A stretch of DNA of 64,000 nt, from assembly GCF_036507355.1 (NCBI RefSeq), contig NZ_AP027877.1. One strand, written 5' to 3'. The notes under the pieces were generated by a model. The model had not been told where the DNA came from. It made no database searches and saw only the letters and a list, made by a program, of their open reading frames with translations. Source of the DNA: Escherichia coli (GTDB taxonomy: Bacteria > Pseudomonadota > Gammaproteobacteria > Enterobacterales > Enterobacteriaceae). This document shows, in pieces, positions 53,208-64,000 of the stretch. The translations under genes were made by a program, and so were the position numbers. The stretch's first letter is position 1, and the number at the start of each line of letters is the position of its first letter.

Positions 53208-54421
53208 ATATTCTGCAATTTAATGTGCGACTGGCGGAAGGCGGGGCGGCAGGTGTGGCGTTAGATCTCCACCAGCGTGCGCTGCAACAGGGGCTAGCGT
53301 CACATTTTGTCTACGGTTACGGCAAAGGCGGCAAAGAGAGCGTCAGCCATCAGAACTATCCGCAGGTCATCAAACATACGCCGCGGATGACCGCGATGGC
53401 GAACATTGCCCTGTTTCGTCTGTTTAATCGCGATCTGTTTGGCAATTTCAATGAGTTATATCGCACCATTACTCGCACACCGGGTCCGGTGGTCCTGCAT
53501 TTTCATGTGCTGCACAGCTACTGGCTAAATCTTAAGAGCGTGGTGCGCTTTTGCGAAAAGGTGAAAAACCATAAACCGGACGTCACTCTGGTCTGGACGC
53601 TGCACGACCACTGGAGCGTTACCGGGCGCTGCGCCTTTACCGACGGTTGTGAAGGCTGGAAAACGGGCTGCCAGAAATGCCCGACCTTAAATAATTATCC
53701 GCCGGTGAAGATTGATCGCGCACACCAACTGGTGGCGGGCAAACGCCAGTTATTCCGTGAGATGCTGGCGCTGGGCTGTCAGTTTATTTCCCCCAGCCAG
53801 CATGTGGCTGATGCTTTCAATAGCCTGTACGGTCCAGGGCGTTGCCGGATTATCAATAACGGTATTGATATGGCAACCGAAGCGATTCTGGCGGACTTGC
53901 CTCCGGTGCGCGAAACCCAGGGCAAGCCGAAAATCGCGGTGGTGGCGCATGACCTGCGTTACGACGGCAAAACTAACCAGCAACTGGTGCGCGAGATGAT
54001 GGCGCTGGGCGACAAAATCGAACTGCATACCTTCGGTAAGTTCTCGCCGTTCACCGCTGGCAACGTGGTCAATCACGGCTTTGAAACCGACAAACGTAAG
54101 CTGATGAGCGCGCTCAATCAGATGGATGCGCTGGTGTTCAGTTCTCGTGTCGATAACTACCCACTGATTTTGTGTGAGGCGTTATCAATTGGCGTGCCGG
54201 TGATTGCCACCCATAGCGACGCGGCGCGTGAAGTGTTGCAAAAATCCGGCGGTAAAACCGTCAGCGAAGAAGAGGTGCTTCAACTGGTGCAGTTAAGCAA
54301 ACCGGAAATCGCGCAGGCGATATTGGGTACCACGCTGGCTGAGTTCAGCCAACGCAGCCGCGCGGCCTACAGTGGACAACAGATGCTGGAGGAGTATGTC
54401 AACTTCTATCAGAATCTGTAG
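53204..54421 (+). CDS. wcaC: colanic acid glycosyltransferase WcaC (GT1/GT4)
   Basis: 405-aa ORF. Confidence 0.85.
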   Translation: MNILQFNVRLAEGGAAGVALDLHQRALQQGLASHFVYGYGKGGKESVSHQNYPQVIKHTPRMTAMANIALFRLFNRDLFGNFNELYRTITRTPGPVVLHFHVLHSYWLNLKSVVRFCEKVKNHKPDVTLVWTLHDHWSVTGRCAFTDGCEGWKTGCQKCPTLNNYPPVKIDRAHQLVAGKRQLFREMLALGCQFISPSQHVADAFNSLYGPGRCRIINNGIDMATEAILADLPPVRETQGKPKIAVVAHDLRYDGKTNQQLVREMMALGDKIELHTFGKFSPFTAGNVVNHGFETDKRKLMSALNQMDALVFSSRVDNYPLILCEALSIGVPVIATHSDAAREVLQKSGGKTVSEEEVLQLVQLSKPEIAQAILGTTLAEFSQRSRAAYSGQQMLEEYVNFYQNL

Positions 54422-55613
54422 CTACCTGTTGCTGCCGCTGATTTACCTGCTGGTTAACGTCAAAATCGCCCAGCTTGGCGAAAGTTTTCCCATAACCATC
54501 GTCACTTTTTTACCTGTCTTGTTACTGCTGTTTTTAGAGCGCATCAGCGTTAAAAAATTGATGATTGCCCTGGGGATTGGTGCGGGACTCACGGCGTTTA
54601 ACTATCTGTTTGGTCAGTCGCTGGATGCCAGTAAATACGTCACTTCAACCATGCTGTTTGTCTATATTGTGATCATTATTGGCATGGTGTGGAGTATTCG
54701 TTTTAAAACAATTTCGCCACACAACCATCGCAAGATTTTACGTTTCTTTTATCTGGTGGTCGGGCTGGTGGTGGCGCTGGCGGCGATGGAGATGGCGCAA
54801 ATTATCCTCACCGGTGGCAGCAGTATTATGGAGTCGATTTCGAAATATCTGATTTACAGCAACAGCTATGTGCTGAATTTCATCAAATTCGGCGGCAAGC
54901 GCACGACAGCACTTTATTTCGAACCGGCATTTTTCGCTCTGGCATTAATCTCAATTTGGCTCAGCATCAAACAGTTTGGTATCAAAACGCCTAAAACCGA
55001 TGCTATGATTCTCGCAGGGATAATATTATCCGGATCGTTTTCAGGGGTTATGACCTTTATCCTGTTTTATTTGCTGGAGTGGGCATTTCAATATCTGAAT
55101 AAAGAGGCGATTAAGAAAAAGTTACCGTTAGCATTGATTTCTCTGGCTGTATTCCTGGTTGGTGTGGTAATTGCATTTCCTTATATTTCCACCCGTCTGG
55201 GCGATTTAGGTACGGAAGGATCGTCATCGTATTATCGTATTGTCGGTCCGCTGGTGATGGTCGGTTATTCTTTGACCCATATTGACGGTGTAGTCAGATT
55301 TGGCTCACTTTATGAATATGTCGCATCATTCGGAATATTTAACGGTGCGGATGTCGGAAAAACCATAGACAATGGTTTGTATCTGCTGATTATTTATTTT
55401 TCCTGGTTCGCGGTGTTTTTATCGCTGTGGTACATGGGGAAAGTGATAAAAATGATGATCAACGCTTTTGGTGATAACCGCAATTTTCGCGTGCAATTAT
55501 ATCTTTTTACTCCGGTGTCGCTGTTTTTTACCGGTTCGATATTTAGCCCAGAATATGCATTTTTAATCGTCTGTCCGTTTATTTTGCGAAAAGCGTTAAA
55601 TATTACGAGGTAA
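54396..55613 (+). CDS. wcaD: colanic acid polymerase WcaD
   Basis: Polytopic membrane ORF; start set at [13 protein letters not shown] (405 aa). Confidence 0.85.
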   Translation: MSTSIRICSYLLLPLIYLLVNVKIAQLGESFPITIVTFLPVLLLLFLERISVKKLMIALGIGAGLTAFNYLFGQSLDASKYVTSTMLFVYIVIIIGMVWSIRFKTISPHNHRKILRFFYLVVGLVVALAAMEMAQIILTGGSSIMESISKYLIYSNSYVLNFIKFGGKRTTALYFEPAFFALALISIWLSIKQFGIKTPKTDAMILAGIILSGSFSGVMTFILFYLLEWAFQYLNKEAIKKKLPLALISLAVFLVGVVIAFPYISTRLGDLGTEGSSSYYRIVGPLVMVGYSLTHIDGVVRFGSLYEYVASFGIFNGADVGKTIDNGLYLLIIYFSWFAVFLSLWYMGKVIKMMINAFGDNRNFRVQLYLFTPVSLFFTGSIFSPEYAFLIVCPFILRKALNITR

Positions 55614-55623
55614 GAATAAGAAC

Positions 55624-56370
55624 ATGTTGCTTAGCATAATCACTGTCGCGTTTCGTAACCTCGAAGGGATAGTCAAAACACACGCCTCGCTGGCGCATCT
55701 GGCGCAGGCGGACGATATCAGCTTCGAATGGATTGTTGTCGATGGCGGTTCCAATGACGGCACCCGTGAGTACCTGGAAAATCTCAATGGTATCTATAAC
55801 CTACGCTTTATCAGCGAGCCAGATAACGGTATCTACGACGCCATGAACAAAGGCATTGCGATGGCACAAGGCAAGTTCGCGTTGTTTCTTAACTCGGGCG
55901 ATATTTTTCATCAGGATGCCGCAAATTTTGTCCGTAAGTTAAAAATGCAAAAAGATAACGTGATGATCACCGGCGATGCGCTGCTGGATTTTGGCGACGG
56001 GCATAAAATTAAGCGTAGTGCTAAACCGGGTTGGTATATTTATCACAGCCTGCCCGCCAGTCATCAGGCGATATTTTTCCCGGTATCCGGTTTGAAAAAA
56101 TGGCGTTATGACCTGGAATATAAAGTTTCTTCTGATTACGCGCTGGCAGCCAAAATGTATAAAGCCGGTTATGCATTTAAAAAACTCAATGGTCTGGTGT
56201 CTGAATTTTCTATGGGTGGGGTATCAACCACCAATAATATGGAATTGTGTGCTGACGCGAAAAAAGTCCAACGGCAAATATTACATGTGCCTGGCTTTTG
56301 GGCTGAATTATCCTGGCATTTACGCCAACGTACTACCTCAAAGACGAAAGCCTTATATAACAAAAGCTGA
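55624..56370 (+). CDS. wcaE: colanic acid glycosyltransferase WcaE (GT2)
   Basis: 248-aa ORF. Confidence 0.85.
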   Translation: MLLSIITVAFRNLEGIVKTHASLAHLAQADDISFEWIVVDGGSNDGTREYLENLNGIYNLRFISEPDNGIYDAMNKGIAMAQGKFALFLNSGDIFHQDAANFVRKLKMQKDNVMITGDALLDFGDGHKIKRSAKPGWYIYHSLPASHQAIFFPVSGLKKWRYDLEYKVSSDYALAAKMYKAGYAFKKLNGLVSEFSMGGVSTTNNMELCADAKKVQRQILHVPGFWAELSWHLRQRTTSKTKALYNKS

Positions 56371-56385
56371 ATATAAGGGAAAACG

Positions 56386-56934
56386 ATGCAAGATTTAAGC
56401 GGTTTCTCGGTGCCGAAAGGGTTCCGGGGCAGCAATGCTATTAAAGTGCAATTGTGGTGGGCGGTACAGGCAACAATATTTGCCTGGTCGCCACAAGTAT
56501 TGTATCGCTGGCGGGCATTTTTATTACGTTTATTCGGCGCAAAAATAGGAAAAAATGTAGTTATTCGTCCGTCAGTAAAAATTACCTATCCGTGGAAATT
56601 AACCTTAGGTGATTACGCGTGGGTCGGCGATGACGTCAATTTATATACCCTCGGTGAAATAACCATTGGCGCACATTCGGTGATATCGCAAAAAAGTTAT
56701 TTATGCACCGGGAGCCACGACCATGCAAGTCAACATTTCACCATTAACGCCACGCCTATTGTGATTGGCGAGAAATGCTGGCTGGCAACCGATGTTTTTG
56801 TTGCCCCAGGCGTCACGATTGGCGACGGCACCGTCGTGGGTGCGCGAAGCAGTGTTTTTAAATCGCTTCCGGCAAATGTGGTTTGCCGGGGGAATCCCGC
56901 AGTGGTGATACGCAAACGCGTTGAAACTGAATAA
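56386..56934 (+). CDS. wcaF: colanic acid acetyltransferase WcaF (hexapeptide repeat)
   Basis: 182-aa ORF. Confidence 0.85.
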   Translation: MQDLSGFSVPKGFRGSNAIKVQLWWAVQATIFAWSPQVLYRWRAFLLRLFGAKIGKNVVIRPSVKITYPWKLTLGDYAWVGDDVNLYTLGEITIGAHSVISQKSYLCTGSHDHASQHFTINATPIVIGEKCWLATDVFVAPGVTIGDGTVVGARSSVFKSLPANVVCRGNPAVVIRKRVETE

Positions 56935-56961
56935 ATTCAAAAAAATACAGAGGAATAAGAC

Positions 56962-58083
56962 ATGTCAAAAGTCGCTCTCATCACCGGTGTAACCGGACAA
57001 GACGGTTCTTATCTGGCAGAGTTTCTGCTGGAAAAAGGTTACGAGGTGCATGGTATTAAGCGTCGCGCATCGTCATTCAACACCGAGCGCGTGGATCACA
57101 TTTATCAGGATCCGCACACCTGCAACCCGAAATTCCATCTGCATTATGGCGACCTGAGTGATACCTCCAACCTGACGCGCATTTTGCGTGAAGTGCAGCC
57201 GGATGAAGTGTACAACCTGGGCGCAATGAGCCACGTTGCGGTTTCTTTTGAGTCACCGGAATATACCGCTGACGTCGACGCGATGGGTACGCTGCGCCTG
57301 CTCGAGGCGATCCGCTTCCTCGGTCTGGAAAAGAAAACCCGTTTTTATCAGGCTTCCACCTCTGAACTGTATGGTCTGGTGCAGGAAATTCCGCAGAAAG
57401 AAACCACGCCGTTCTACCCGCGATCTCCGTATGCGGTCGCCAAACTGTACGCCTACTGGATCACCGTTAACTACCGCGAATCCTACGGCATGTACGCCTG
57501 TAACGGTATTCTCTTCAACCATGAATCCCCGCGCCGCGGCGAAACCTTCGTTACCCGCAAAATCACCCGCGCAATCGCCAACATCGCCCAGGGGCTGGAG
57601 TCGTGCCTGTACCTCGGCAATATGGATTCCCTGCGTGACTGGGGCCATGCCAAAGACTACGTAAAAATGCAGTGGATGATGCTGCAACAGGAACAGCCGG
57701 AAGATTTCGTTATCGCGACCGGCGTTCAGTACTCCGTGCGTCAGTTCGTGGAAATGGCGGCAGCACAGCTGGGCATCAAACTGCGCTTTGAAGGCACGGG
57801 CGTTGAAGAGAAGGGCATTGTGGTTTCCGTCACCGGGCATGACGCGCCGGGCGTTAAACCGGGCGATGTAATTATCGCCGTTGACCCGCGTTACTTCCGT
57901 CCGGCTGAAGTTGAAACGCTGCTCGGCGACCCGACCAAAGCGCACGAAAAACTGGGCTGGAAACCGGAAATCACCCTCAGAGAGATGGTGTCTGAAATGG
58001 TGGCTAATGACCTCGAAGCGGCGAAAAAACACTCTCTGCTGAAATCTCACGGCTACGACGTGGCGATCGCGCTGGAGTCATAA
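56962..58083 (+). CDS. gmd: GDP-mannose 4,6-dehydratase
   Basis: 373-aa ORF with [15 protein letters not shown]-binding motif. Confidence 0.95.
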
Positions 58084-58085
58084 GT

Positions 58086-59051
58086 ATGAGTAGACAACGC
58101 ATTTTTATTGCTGGCCATCGCGGGATGGTCGGTTCCGCCATCAGGCGGCAGCTCGAACAGCGCGGTGATGTGGAACTGGTATTACGCACCCGCGACGAGC
58201 TGAACCTGCTGGACAGCCGCGCCGTGCATGATTTCTTTGCCAGCGAACGTATTGACCAGGTCTATCTGGCGGCCGCGAAAGTGGGCGGCATTGTTGCCAA
58301 CAACACGTATCCGGCGGATTTCATCTATCAGAACATGATGATTGAGAGCAACATCATTCACGCCGCGCATCAGAACGACGTGAACAAACTGCTGTTTCTC
58401 GGATCGTCCTGTATCTACCCGAAACTGGCAAAACAGCCGATGGCAGAAAGCGAATTATTGCAGGGCACGCTGGAGCCGACCAACGAGCCTTACGCCATTG
58501 CCAAAATCGCCGGGATCAAACTGTGCGAATCTTACAACCGCCAGTATGGACGCGATTACCGCTCACTCATGCCGACCAACCTGTACGGGCCGCATGACAA
58601 CTTCCACCCGAGTAATTCGCATGTGATCCCTGCATTGCTGCGTCGCTTCCACGAGGCGACGGCACAGAATGCACCGGACGTGGTGGTATGGGGCAGCGGT
58701 ACACCGATGCGTGAGTTCCTGCACGTCGATGATATGGCGGCGGCGAGCATTCATGTCATGGAGCTGGCGCATGAAGTCTGGCTGGAGAACACCCAGCCGA
58801 TGCTGTCGCACATTAACGTCGGCACGGGCGTTGACTGCACTATCCGCGAGCTGGCGCAAACCATCGCCAAAGTGGTGGGTTACAAAGGTCGGGTGGTTTT
58901 TGATGCCAGTAAACCGGATGGTACGCCGCGCAAACTGCTGGATGTGACGCGCCTGCATCAGCTTGGCTGGTATCACGAAATCTCACTGGAAGCGGGGCTT
59001 GCCAGCACTTACCAGTGGTTCCTTGAGAATCAAGACCGCTTTCGGGGGTAA
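58086..59051 (+). CDS. fcl: GDP-L-fucose synthase
   Basis: 321-aa [22 protein letters not shown]... Confidence 0.95.
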   Translation: MSRQRIFIAGHRGMVGSAIRRQLEQRGDVELVLRTRDELNLLDSRAVHDFFASERIDQVYLAAAKVGGIVANNTYPADFIYQNMMIESNIIHAAHQNDVNKLLFLGSSCIYPKLAKQPMAESELLQGTLEPTNEPYAIAKIAGIKLCESYNRQYGRDYRSLMPTNLYGPHDNFHPSNSHVIPALLRRFHEATAQNAPDVVVWGSGTPMREFLHVDDMAAASIHVMELAHEVWLENTQPMLSHINVGTGVDCTIRELAQTIAKVVGYKGRVVFDASKPDGTPRKLLDVTRLHQLGWYHEISLEAGLASTYQWFLENQDRFRG

Positions 59052-59053
59052 TG

Positions 59054-59533
59054 ATGTTTTTACGTCAGGAAGACTTTGCCACGGTAGTGCGCTCCACACC
59101 GCTTGTCTCTCTCGACTTTATTGTCGAGAACAGTCGCGGCGAGTTTCTGCTTGGCAAAAGAACCAACCGCCCGGCGCAGGGTTACTGGTTTGTGCCGGGA
59201 GGGCGCGTGCAGAAAGACGAAACGCTGGAAGCCGCATTTGAGCGGCTGACGATGGCGGAACTGGGGCTGCGTCTGCCGATAACAGCAGGCCAGTTTTACG
59301 GTGTCTGGCAGCACTTTTATGACGATAACTTCTCCGGCACGGATTTCACCACTCACTATGTGGTGCTCGGTTTTCGCTTCAGAGTAGCGGAAGAAGAACT
59401 GTTACTGCCGGATGAGCAGCATGACGATTACCGCTGGCTGACGCTGGACGCACTGCTCACCAGTGACAATGTTCACGCTAACAGCCGCGCCTATTTTCTC
59501 GCTGAGAAGCGTGCCGGAGTACCCGGATTATGA
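59054..59533 (+). CDS. gmm: GDP-mannose mannosyl hydrolase (Nudix)
   Basis: Nudix-type ORF overlapping fcl stop; start ATG at 59051 or 59054. Confidence 0.85.
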   Translation: MFLRQEDFATVVRSTPLVSLDFIVENSRGEFLLGKRTNRPAQGYWFVPGGRVQKDETLEAAFERLTMAELGLRLPITAGQFYGVWQHFYDDNFSGTDFTTHYVVLGFRFRVAEEELLLPDEQHDDYRWLTLDALLTSDNVHANSRAYFLAEKRAGVPGL

Positions 59534-60753
59534 AAATACTGGTCTACGGCATTAACTACTCGCCGGAGTTAACCGGCATCGGCAAATACACCGGAGAGAT
59601 GGTGGAATGGCTGGCGGCACAAGGTCATGAGGTGCGGGTTATTACCGCACCGCCTTACTACCCGCAGTGGCAGGTGGGCGAGAACTATTCCGCCTGGCGG
59701 TACAAACGAGAAGAGGGGGCCGCCACGGTGTGGCGCTGCCCGCTGTACGTGCCAAAACAGCCGAGCACCCTGAAACGCCTGTTGCATCTCGGCAGTTTTG
59801 CCGTCAGCAGTTTCTTTCCGCTGATGGCGCAACGTCGCTGGAAGCCGGATCGCATTATTGGTGTGGTGCCAACGCTGTTTTGCACGCCGGGAATGCGCCT
59901 GCTGGCGAAACTCTCTGGCGCGCGTACCGTGCTGCATATTCAGGATTACGAAGTGGATGCCATGCTGGGGCTGGGCCTTGCCGGAAAAGGTAAAGGCGGC
60001 AAAGTGGCACAGCTGGCAACGGCGTTCGAACGTAGCGGACTGCATAACGTCGATAACGTCTCTACGATTTCGCGCTCGATGATGAATAAAGCTATCGAAA
60101 AAGGCGTGGCGGCGGAAAACGTCATTTTCTTCCCAAACTGGTCGGAAATCGCCCGTTTTCAGCATGTTGCAGACGCCGATGTTGACGCCCTTCGTAACCA
60201 GCTTGGCCTGCCGGATAACAAAAAAATCATTCTTTACTCCGGCAATATTGGTGAAAAGCAGGGGCTGGAAAACGTTATTGAAGCCGCCGATCGTCTGCGC
60301 GATGAACCGCTGATTTTTGCCATTGTCGGGCAGGGCGGCGGCAAAGCGCGGCTGGAAAAAATGGCGCAGCAGCGTGGTCTGCGCAACATGCAACTTTTTC
60401 CGCTGCAATCGTATGACGCTTTACCCGCACTGCTGAAGATGGGCGATTGCCATCTGGTGGTGCAAAAACGCGGCGCGGCAGATGCCGTATTGCCGTCGAA
60501 ACTGACCAATATTCTGGCGGTAGGCGGTAACGCGGTGATTACCGCAGAGGCCCACACAGAACTGGGGCAGCTTTGCGAAACCTTTCGGGGCATTGCGGTT
60601 TGCGTAGAACCGGAATCGGTCGAGGCGCTGGTGGCGGGGATCCGTCAGGCGCTTCTGCTACCCAAACACAACACGGTGGCACGTGAATATGCCGAACGCA
60701 CGCTCGATAAAGAGAACGTGTTACGTCAATTTATAAATGATATTCGGGGATAA
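59530..60753 (+). CDS. wcaI: colanic acid glycosyltransferase WcaI (GT4)
   Basis: 407-aa ORF. Confidence 0.85.
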   Translation: MKILVYGINYSPELTGIGKYTGEMVEWLAAQGHEVRVITAPPYYPQWQVGENYSAWRYKREEGAATVWRCPLYVPKQPSTLKRLLHLGSFAVSSFFPLMAQRRWKPDRIIGVVPTLFCTPGMRLLAKLSGARTVLHIQDYEVDAMLGLGLAGKGKGGKVAQLATAFERSGLHNVDNVSTISRSMMNKAIEKGVAAENVIFFPNWSEIARFQHVADADVDALRNQLGLPDNKKIILYSGNIGEKQGLENVIEAADRLRDEPLIFAIVGQGGGKARLEKMAQQRGLRNMQLFPLQSYDALPALLKMGDCHLVVQKRGAADAVLPSKLTNILAVGGNAVITAEAHTELGQLCETFRGIAVCVEPESVEALVAGIRQALLLPKHNTVAREYAERTLDKENVLRQFINDIRG

Positions 60754-60755
60754 TT

Positions 60756-62192
60756 ATGGCGCAGTCGAAACTCTATCCAGTTGTGATGGCAGGTGGCTCC
60801 GGTAGCCGCTTATGGCCGCTTTCCCGCGTACTTTACCCCAAGCAGTTTTTATGCCTGAAAGGCGATCTCACCATGCTGCAAACCACCATCTGTCGCCTGA
60901 ACGGCGTGGAGTGCGAAAGCCCGGTGGTGATTTGCAATGAGCAGCACCGCTTTATTGTCGCGGAACAGCTGCGTCAACTGAACAAACTCACCGAGAACAT
61001 TATTCTCGAACCGGCAGGGCGTAACACTGCACCTGCCATTGCACTGGCGGCGCTGGCGGCAAAACGTCATAGCCCGGAGAGCGACCTGTTAATGCTGGTG
61101 CTGGCGGCGGATCATGTGATTGCCGATGAAGACGCGTTCCGTGCCGCCGTGCGTAATGCCATGCCGTATGCCGAAGCGGGCAAGCTGGTGACCTTCGGCA
61201 TTGTGCCGGATCTACCTGAAACCGGATATGGCTATATTCGTCGCGGTGAAGTGTCGGCGGGTGAGCAGGATACGGTGGCCTTTGAAGTGGCGCAGTTTGT
61301 CGAAAAACCGAATCTGGAAACCGCCCAGGCCTATGTGGCAAGCGGCGAATATTACTGGAACAGCGGTATGTTCCTGTTCCGCGCCGGACGCTATCTCGAA
61401 GAACTGAAAAAATATCGCCCGGATATCCTCGATGCCTGTGAAAAAGCGATGAGCGCCGTCGATCCGGATCTCGATTTTATTCGCGTGGATGAAGAAGCGT
61501 TTCTCGCCTGCCCGGAAGAGTCGGTGGATTACGCGGTCATGGAACGTACGGCAGATGCCGTTGTGGTGCCGATGGATGCGGGCTGGAGCGATGTCGGTTC
61601 CTGGTCTTCATTATGGGAGATCAGCGCCCACACCGCCGAGGGCAACGTTTGCCACGGCGATGTGATTAATCACAAAACTGAAAACAGCTATGTGTACGCC
61701 GAATCTGGCCTGGTCACCACCGTCGGGGTGAAAGATCTGGTGGTGGTGCAGACCAAAGATGCGGTGCTGATTGCCGACCGCAATGCGGTGCAGGATGTGA
61801 AAAAAGTGGTCGAGCAGATCAAAGCCGATGGTCGCCATGAGCATCGGGTACATCGCGAAGTCTATCGCCCGTGGGGCAAATATGACTCTATCGACGCGGG
61901 CGACCGCTACCAGGTGAAACGCATCACCGTGAAACCGGGCGAAGGCTTGTCGGTACAGATGCACCATCACCGCGCGGAACACTGGGTAGTGGTCGCGGGA
62001 ACGGCAAAAGTCACTATTGACGGTGATATCAAACTGCTTGGTGAAAACGAGTCCATTTATATTCCGCTGGGGGCGACGCACTGCCTGGAAAACCCGGGGA
62101 AAATTCCGCTCGATTTAATTGAAGTGCGCTCCGGCTCTTATCTCGAAGAGGATGATGTGGTGCGCTTCGCGGATCGCTACGGACGGGTGTAA
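60756..62192 (+). CDS. cpsB: mannose-1-phosphate guanylyltransferase
   Basis: 478-aa ORF with [12 protein letters not shown] nucleotidyltransferase motif and C-terminal cupin. Confidence 0.95.
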   Translation: MAQSKLYPVVMAGGSGSRLWPLSRVLYPKQFLCLKGDLTMLQTTICRLNGVECESPVVICNEQHRFIVAEQLRQLNKLTENIILEPAGRNTAPAIALAALAAKRHSPESDLLMLVLAADHVIADEDAFRAAVRNAMPYAEAGKLVTFGIVPDLPETGYGYIRRGEVSAGEQDTVAFEVAQFVEKPNLETAQAYVASGEYYWNSGMFLFRAGRYLEELKKYRPDILDACEKAMSAVDPDLDFIRVDEEAFLACPEESVDYAVMERTADAVVVPMDAGWSDVGSWSSLWEISAHTAEGNVCHGDVINHKTENSYVYAESGLVTTVGVKDLVVVQTKDAVLIADRNAVQDVKKVVEQIKADGRHEHRVHREVYRPWGKYDSIDAGDRYQVKRITVKPGEGLSVQMHHHRAEHWVVVAGTAKVTIDGDIKLLGENESIYIPLGATHCLENPGKIPLDLIEVRSGSYLEEDDVVRFADRYGRV

Positions 62193-62330
<138 letters not shown>

Positions 62331-62384
62331 ATAAAATTGGCCGCTTCGGTCAGGGCCAACTATTGCCTGAAAAAGGGTAACGAT

Positions 62385-63755
62385 ATGAAAAAATTAACCT
62401 GCTTTAAAGCCTATGATATTCGCGGGAAATTAGGCGAAGAACTGAATGAAGATATTGCCTGGCGCATTGGTCGCGCCTATGGCGAATTTCTCAAACCGAA
62501 AACCATTGTGTTAGGCGGTGATGTCCGCCTCACCAGCGAAACCTTAAAACTGGCGCTAGCGAAAGGTTTACAGGATGCGGGCGTCGATGTGCTGGATATT
62601 GGCATGTCCGGCACCGAAGAGATCTATTTCGCCACGTTCCATCTCGGCGTGGATGGCGGCATCGAAGTTACCGCCAGCCATAACCCGATGGATTACAACG
62701 GCATGAAGCTGGTGCGCGAAGGGGCTCGCCCGATCAGCGGTGATACCGGACTGCGCGACGTCCAGCGCCTGGCAGAAGCCAACGACTTCCCTCCCGTTGA
62801 TGAAACCAAACGCGGTCGCTATCAGAAAATCAACCTGCGTGACGCTTACGTTGATCACCTGTTCGGTTATATCAATGTCAAAAACCTCACGCCGCTCAAG
62901 CTGGTGATTAACTCCGGGAATGGCGCAGCGGGTCCGGTGGTGGACGCCATCGAAGCCCGCTTTAAAGCCCTCGGCGCACCAGTGGAATTCATCAAAGTGC
63001 ACAACACGCCGGACGGCAATTTCCCCAACGGTATTCCTAACCCGCTACTGCCAGAATGCCGCGACGACACCCGCAATGCGGTCATTAAACACGGCGCGGA
63101 TATGGGCATTGCTTTTGATGGCGATTTTGACCGCTGTTTCCTGTTTGACGAAAAAGGGCAGTTTATCGAGGGCTACTACATTGTCGGCCTGTTGGCAGAA
63201 ACATTCCTCGAAAAAAATCCCGGCGCGAAGATCATCCACGATCCACGTCTCTCCTGGAACACCGTTGATGTGGTGACGGCCGCAGGCGGCACCCCGGTAA
63301 TGTCGAAAACCGGACACGCCTTTATTAAAGAACGTATGCGCAAGGAAGACGCCATCTACGGTGGCGAAATGAGCGCCCACCATTACTTCCGTGATTTTGC
63401 TTACTGCGACAGCGGCATGATCCCGTGGCTGCTGGTCGCCGAACTTGTGTGCCTGAAAGAGAAAACGCTGGGCGAACTGGTGCGCGACCGGATGGCAGCA
63501 TTTCCGGCAAGCGGTGAGATCAACAGCAAACTGGCGCACCCCGTTGAGGCGATTAATCGCGTCGAACAGCACTTTAGCCGCGAGGCGCTGGCGGTGGATC
63601 GCACCGATGGCATCAGCATGACCTTTGCCGACTGGCGCTTTAACCTGCGCTCCTCCAACACCGAACCGGTGGTGCGGTTGAATGTGGAATCGCGCGGTGA
63701 TGTGCCGCTGATGGAAGCGCGAACGCGAACTCTGCTGACGTTGCTGAACGAGTAA
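62385..63755 (+). CDS. cpsG: phosphomannomutase
   Basis: Start at [17 protein letters not shown] (456 aa); phosphohexomutase active-site TASHNP. Confidence 0.95.
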   Translation: MKKLTCFKAYDIRGKLGEELNEDIAWRIGRAYGEFLKPKTIVLGGDVRLTSETLKLALAKGLQDAGVDVLDIGMSGTEEIYFATFHLGVDGGIEVTASHNPMDYNGMKLVREGARPISGDTGLRDVQRLAEANDFPPVDETKRGRYQKINLRDAYVDHLFGYINVKNLTPLKLVINSGNGAAGPVVDAIEARFKALGAPVEFIKVHNTPDGNFPNGIPNPLLPECRDDTRNAVIKHGADMGIAFDGDFDRCFLFDEKGQFIEGYYIVGLLAETFLEKNPGAKIIHDPRLSWNTVDVVTAAGGTPVMSKTGHAFIKERMRKEDAIYGGEMSAHHYFRDFAYCDSGMIPWLLVAELVCLKEKTLGELVRDRMAAFPASGEINSKLAHPVEAINRVEQHFSREALAVDRTDGISMTFADWRFNLRSSNTEPVVRLNVESRGDVPLMEARTRTLLTLLNE

Positions 63756-63799
63756 TGTCGGATCTTCCCTTACCCCATTGCGGGTAAGGGGCTAATAAC

Positions 63800-64000
63800 A
63801 GGAACAACGATGACAAATCTAAAAAAGCGCGAGCGAGCGAAAACCAATGCATCGTTAATCTCTATGGTGCAACGCTTTTCAGATATCACCATCATGTTTG
63901 CCGGACTATGGCTGGTTTGCGAAGTCAGCGGACTGTCATTCCTCTACATGCAACTGTTGGTGGCGCTGATTACGCTGGTGGTGTTCCAGATGTTGGGCGG
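63800..64000 (+). CDS. wcaJ: UDP-glucose:undecaprenyl-phosphate glucose-1-phosphate transferase WcaJ, N-terminal part (3' partial at window edge)
   Basis: ATG at 63800, MTNLKKRERAKTNASLISMVQRF... with TM helices; continues past window end. Confidence 0.75.

Noticed and set aside
57253-58050. 265-aa minus-strand ORF
   Set aside because: Antisense to gmd, which is unambiguous.

Overview
This window reads as an Escherichia coli-type chromosomal segment (gat operon to colanic-acid cluster), with gene order matching the K-12 min-46 region in reverse orientation. Core genes: gatZ (3' end), gatABCD, gatR, yegS, yegR, CyaR sRNA, yegQ, yegP, baeSR, mdtABCD, yegLKI, yegD, alkA, dgcE (yegE), udk, dcd, asmA, yegH, then wza-wzb-wzc-wcaABCDEF-gmd-fcl-gmm-wcaI-cpsB-cpsG and the start of wcaJ. 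Three accessory insertions interrupt this backbone. (1) A ParD/ParE-like toxin-antitoxin pair sits between yegQ and yegP. (2) A roughly 10 kb degraded prophage remnant (20649-30685) is inserted inside a tandem ibs/sib type I toxin-antitoxin repeat array and is flanked by a 12-bp direct repeat. It carries a truncated integrase, IS3-family elements, a tandem IS1 pair, phage gene fragments and a gtrA-gtrB-gtrC-like O-antigen glucosylation module. (3) An IS110/IS1111-family element lies between asmA and yegH, with a long structured 3' non-coding region that may encode a bridge RNA. I found no CRISPR array, tRNA or rRNA. All calls rest on reading the sequence and recalled protein-family knowledge; no database search was run.
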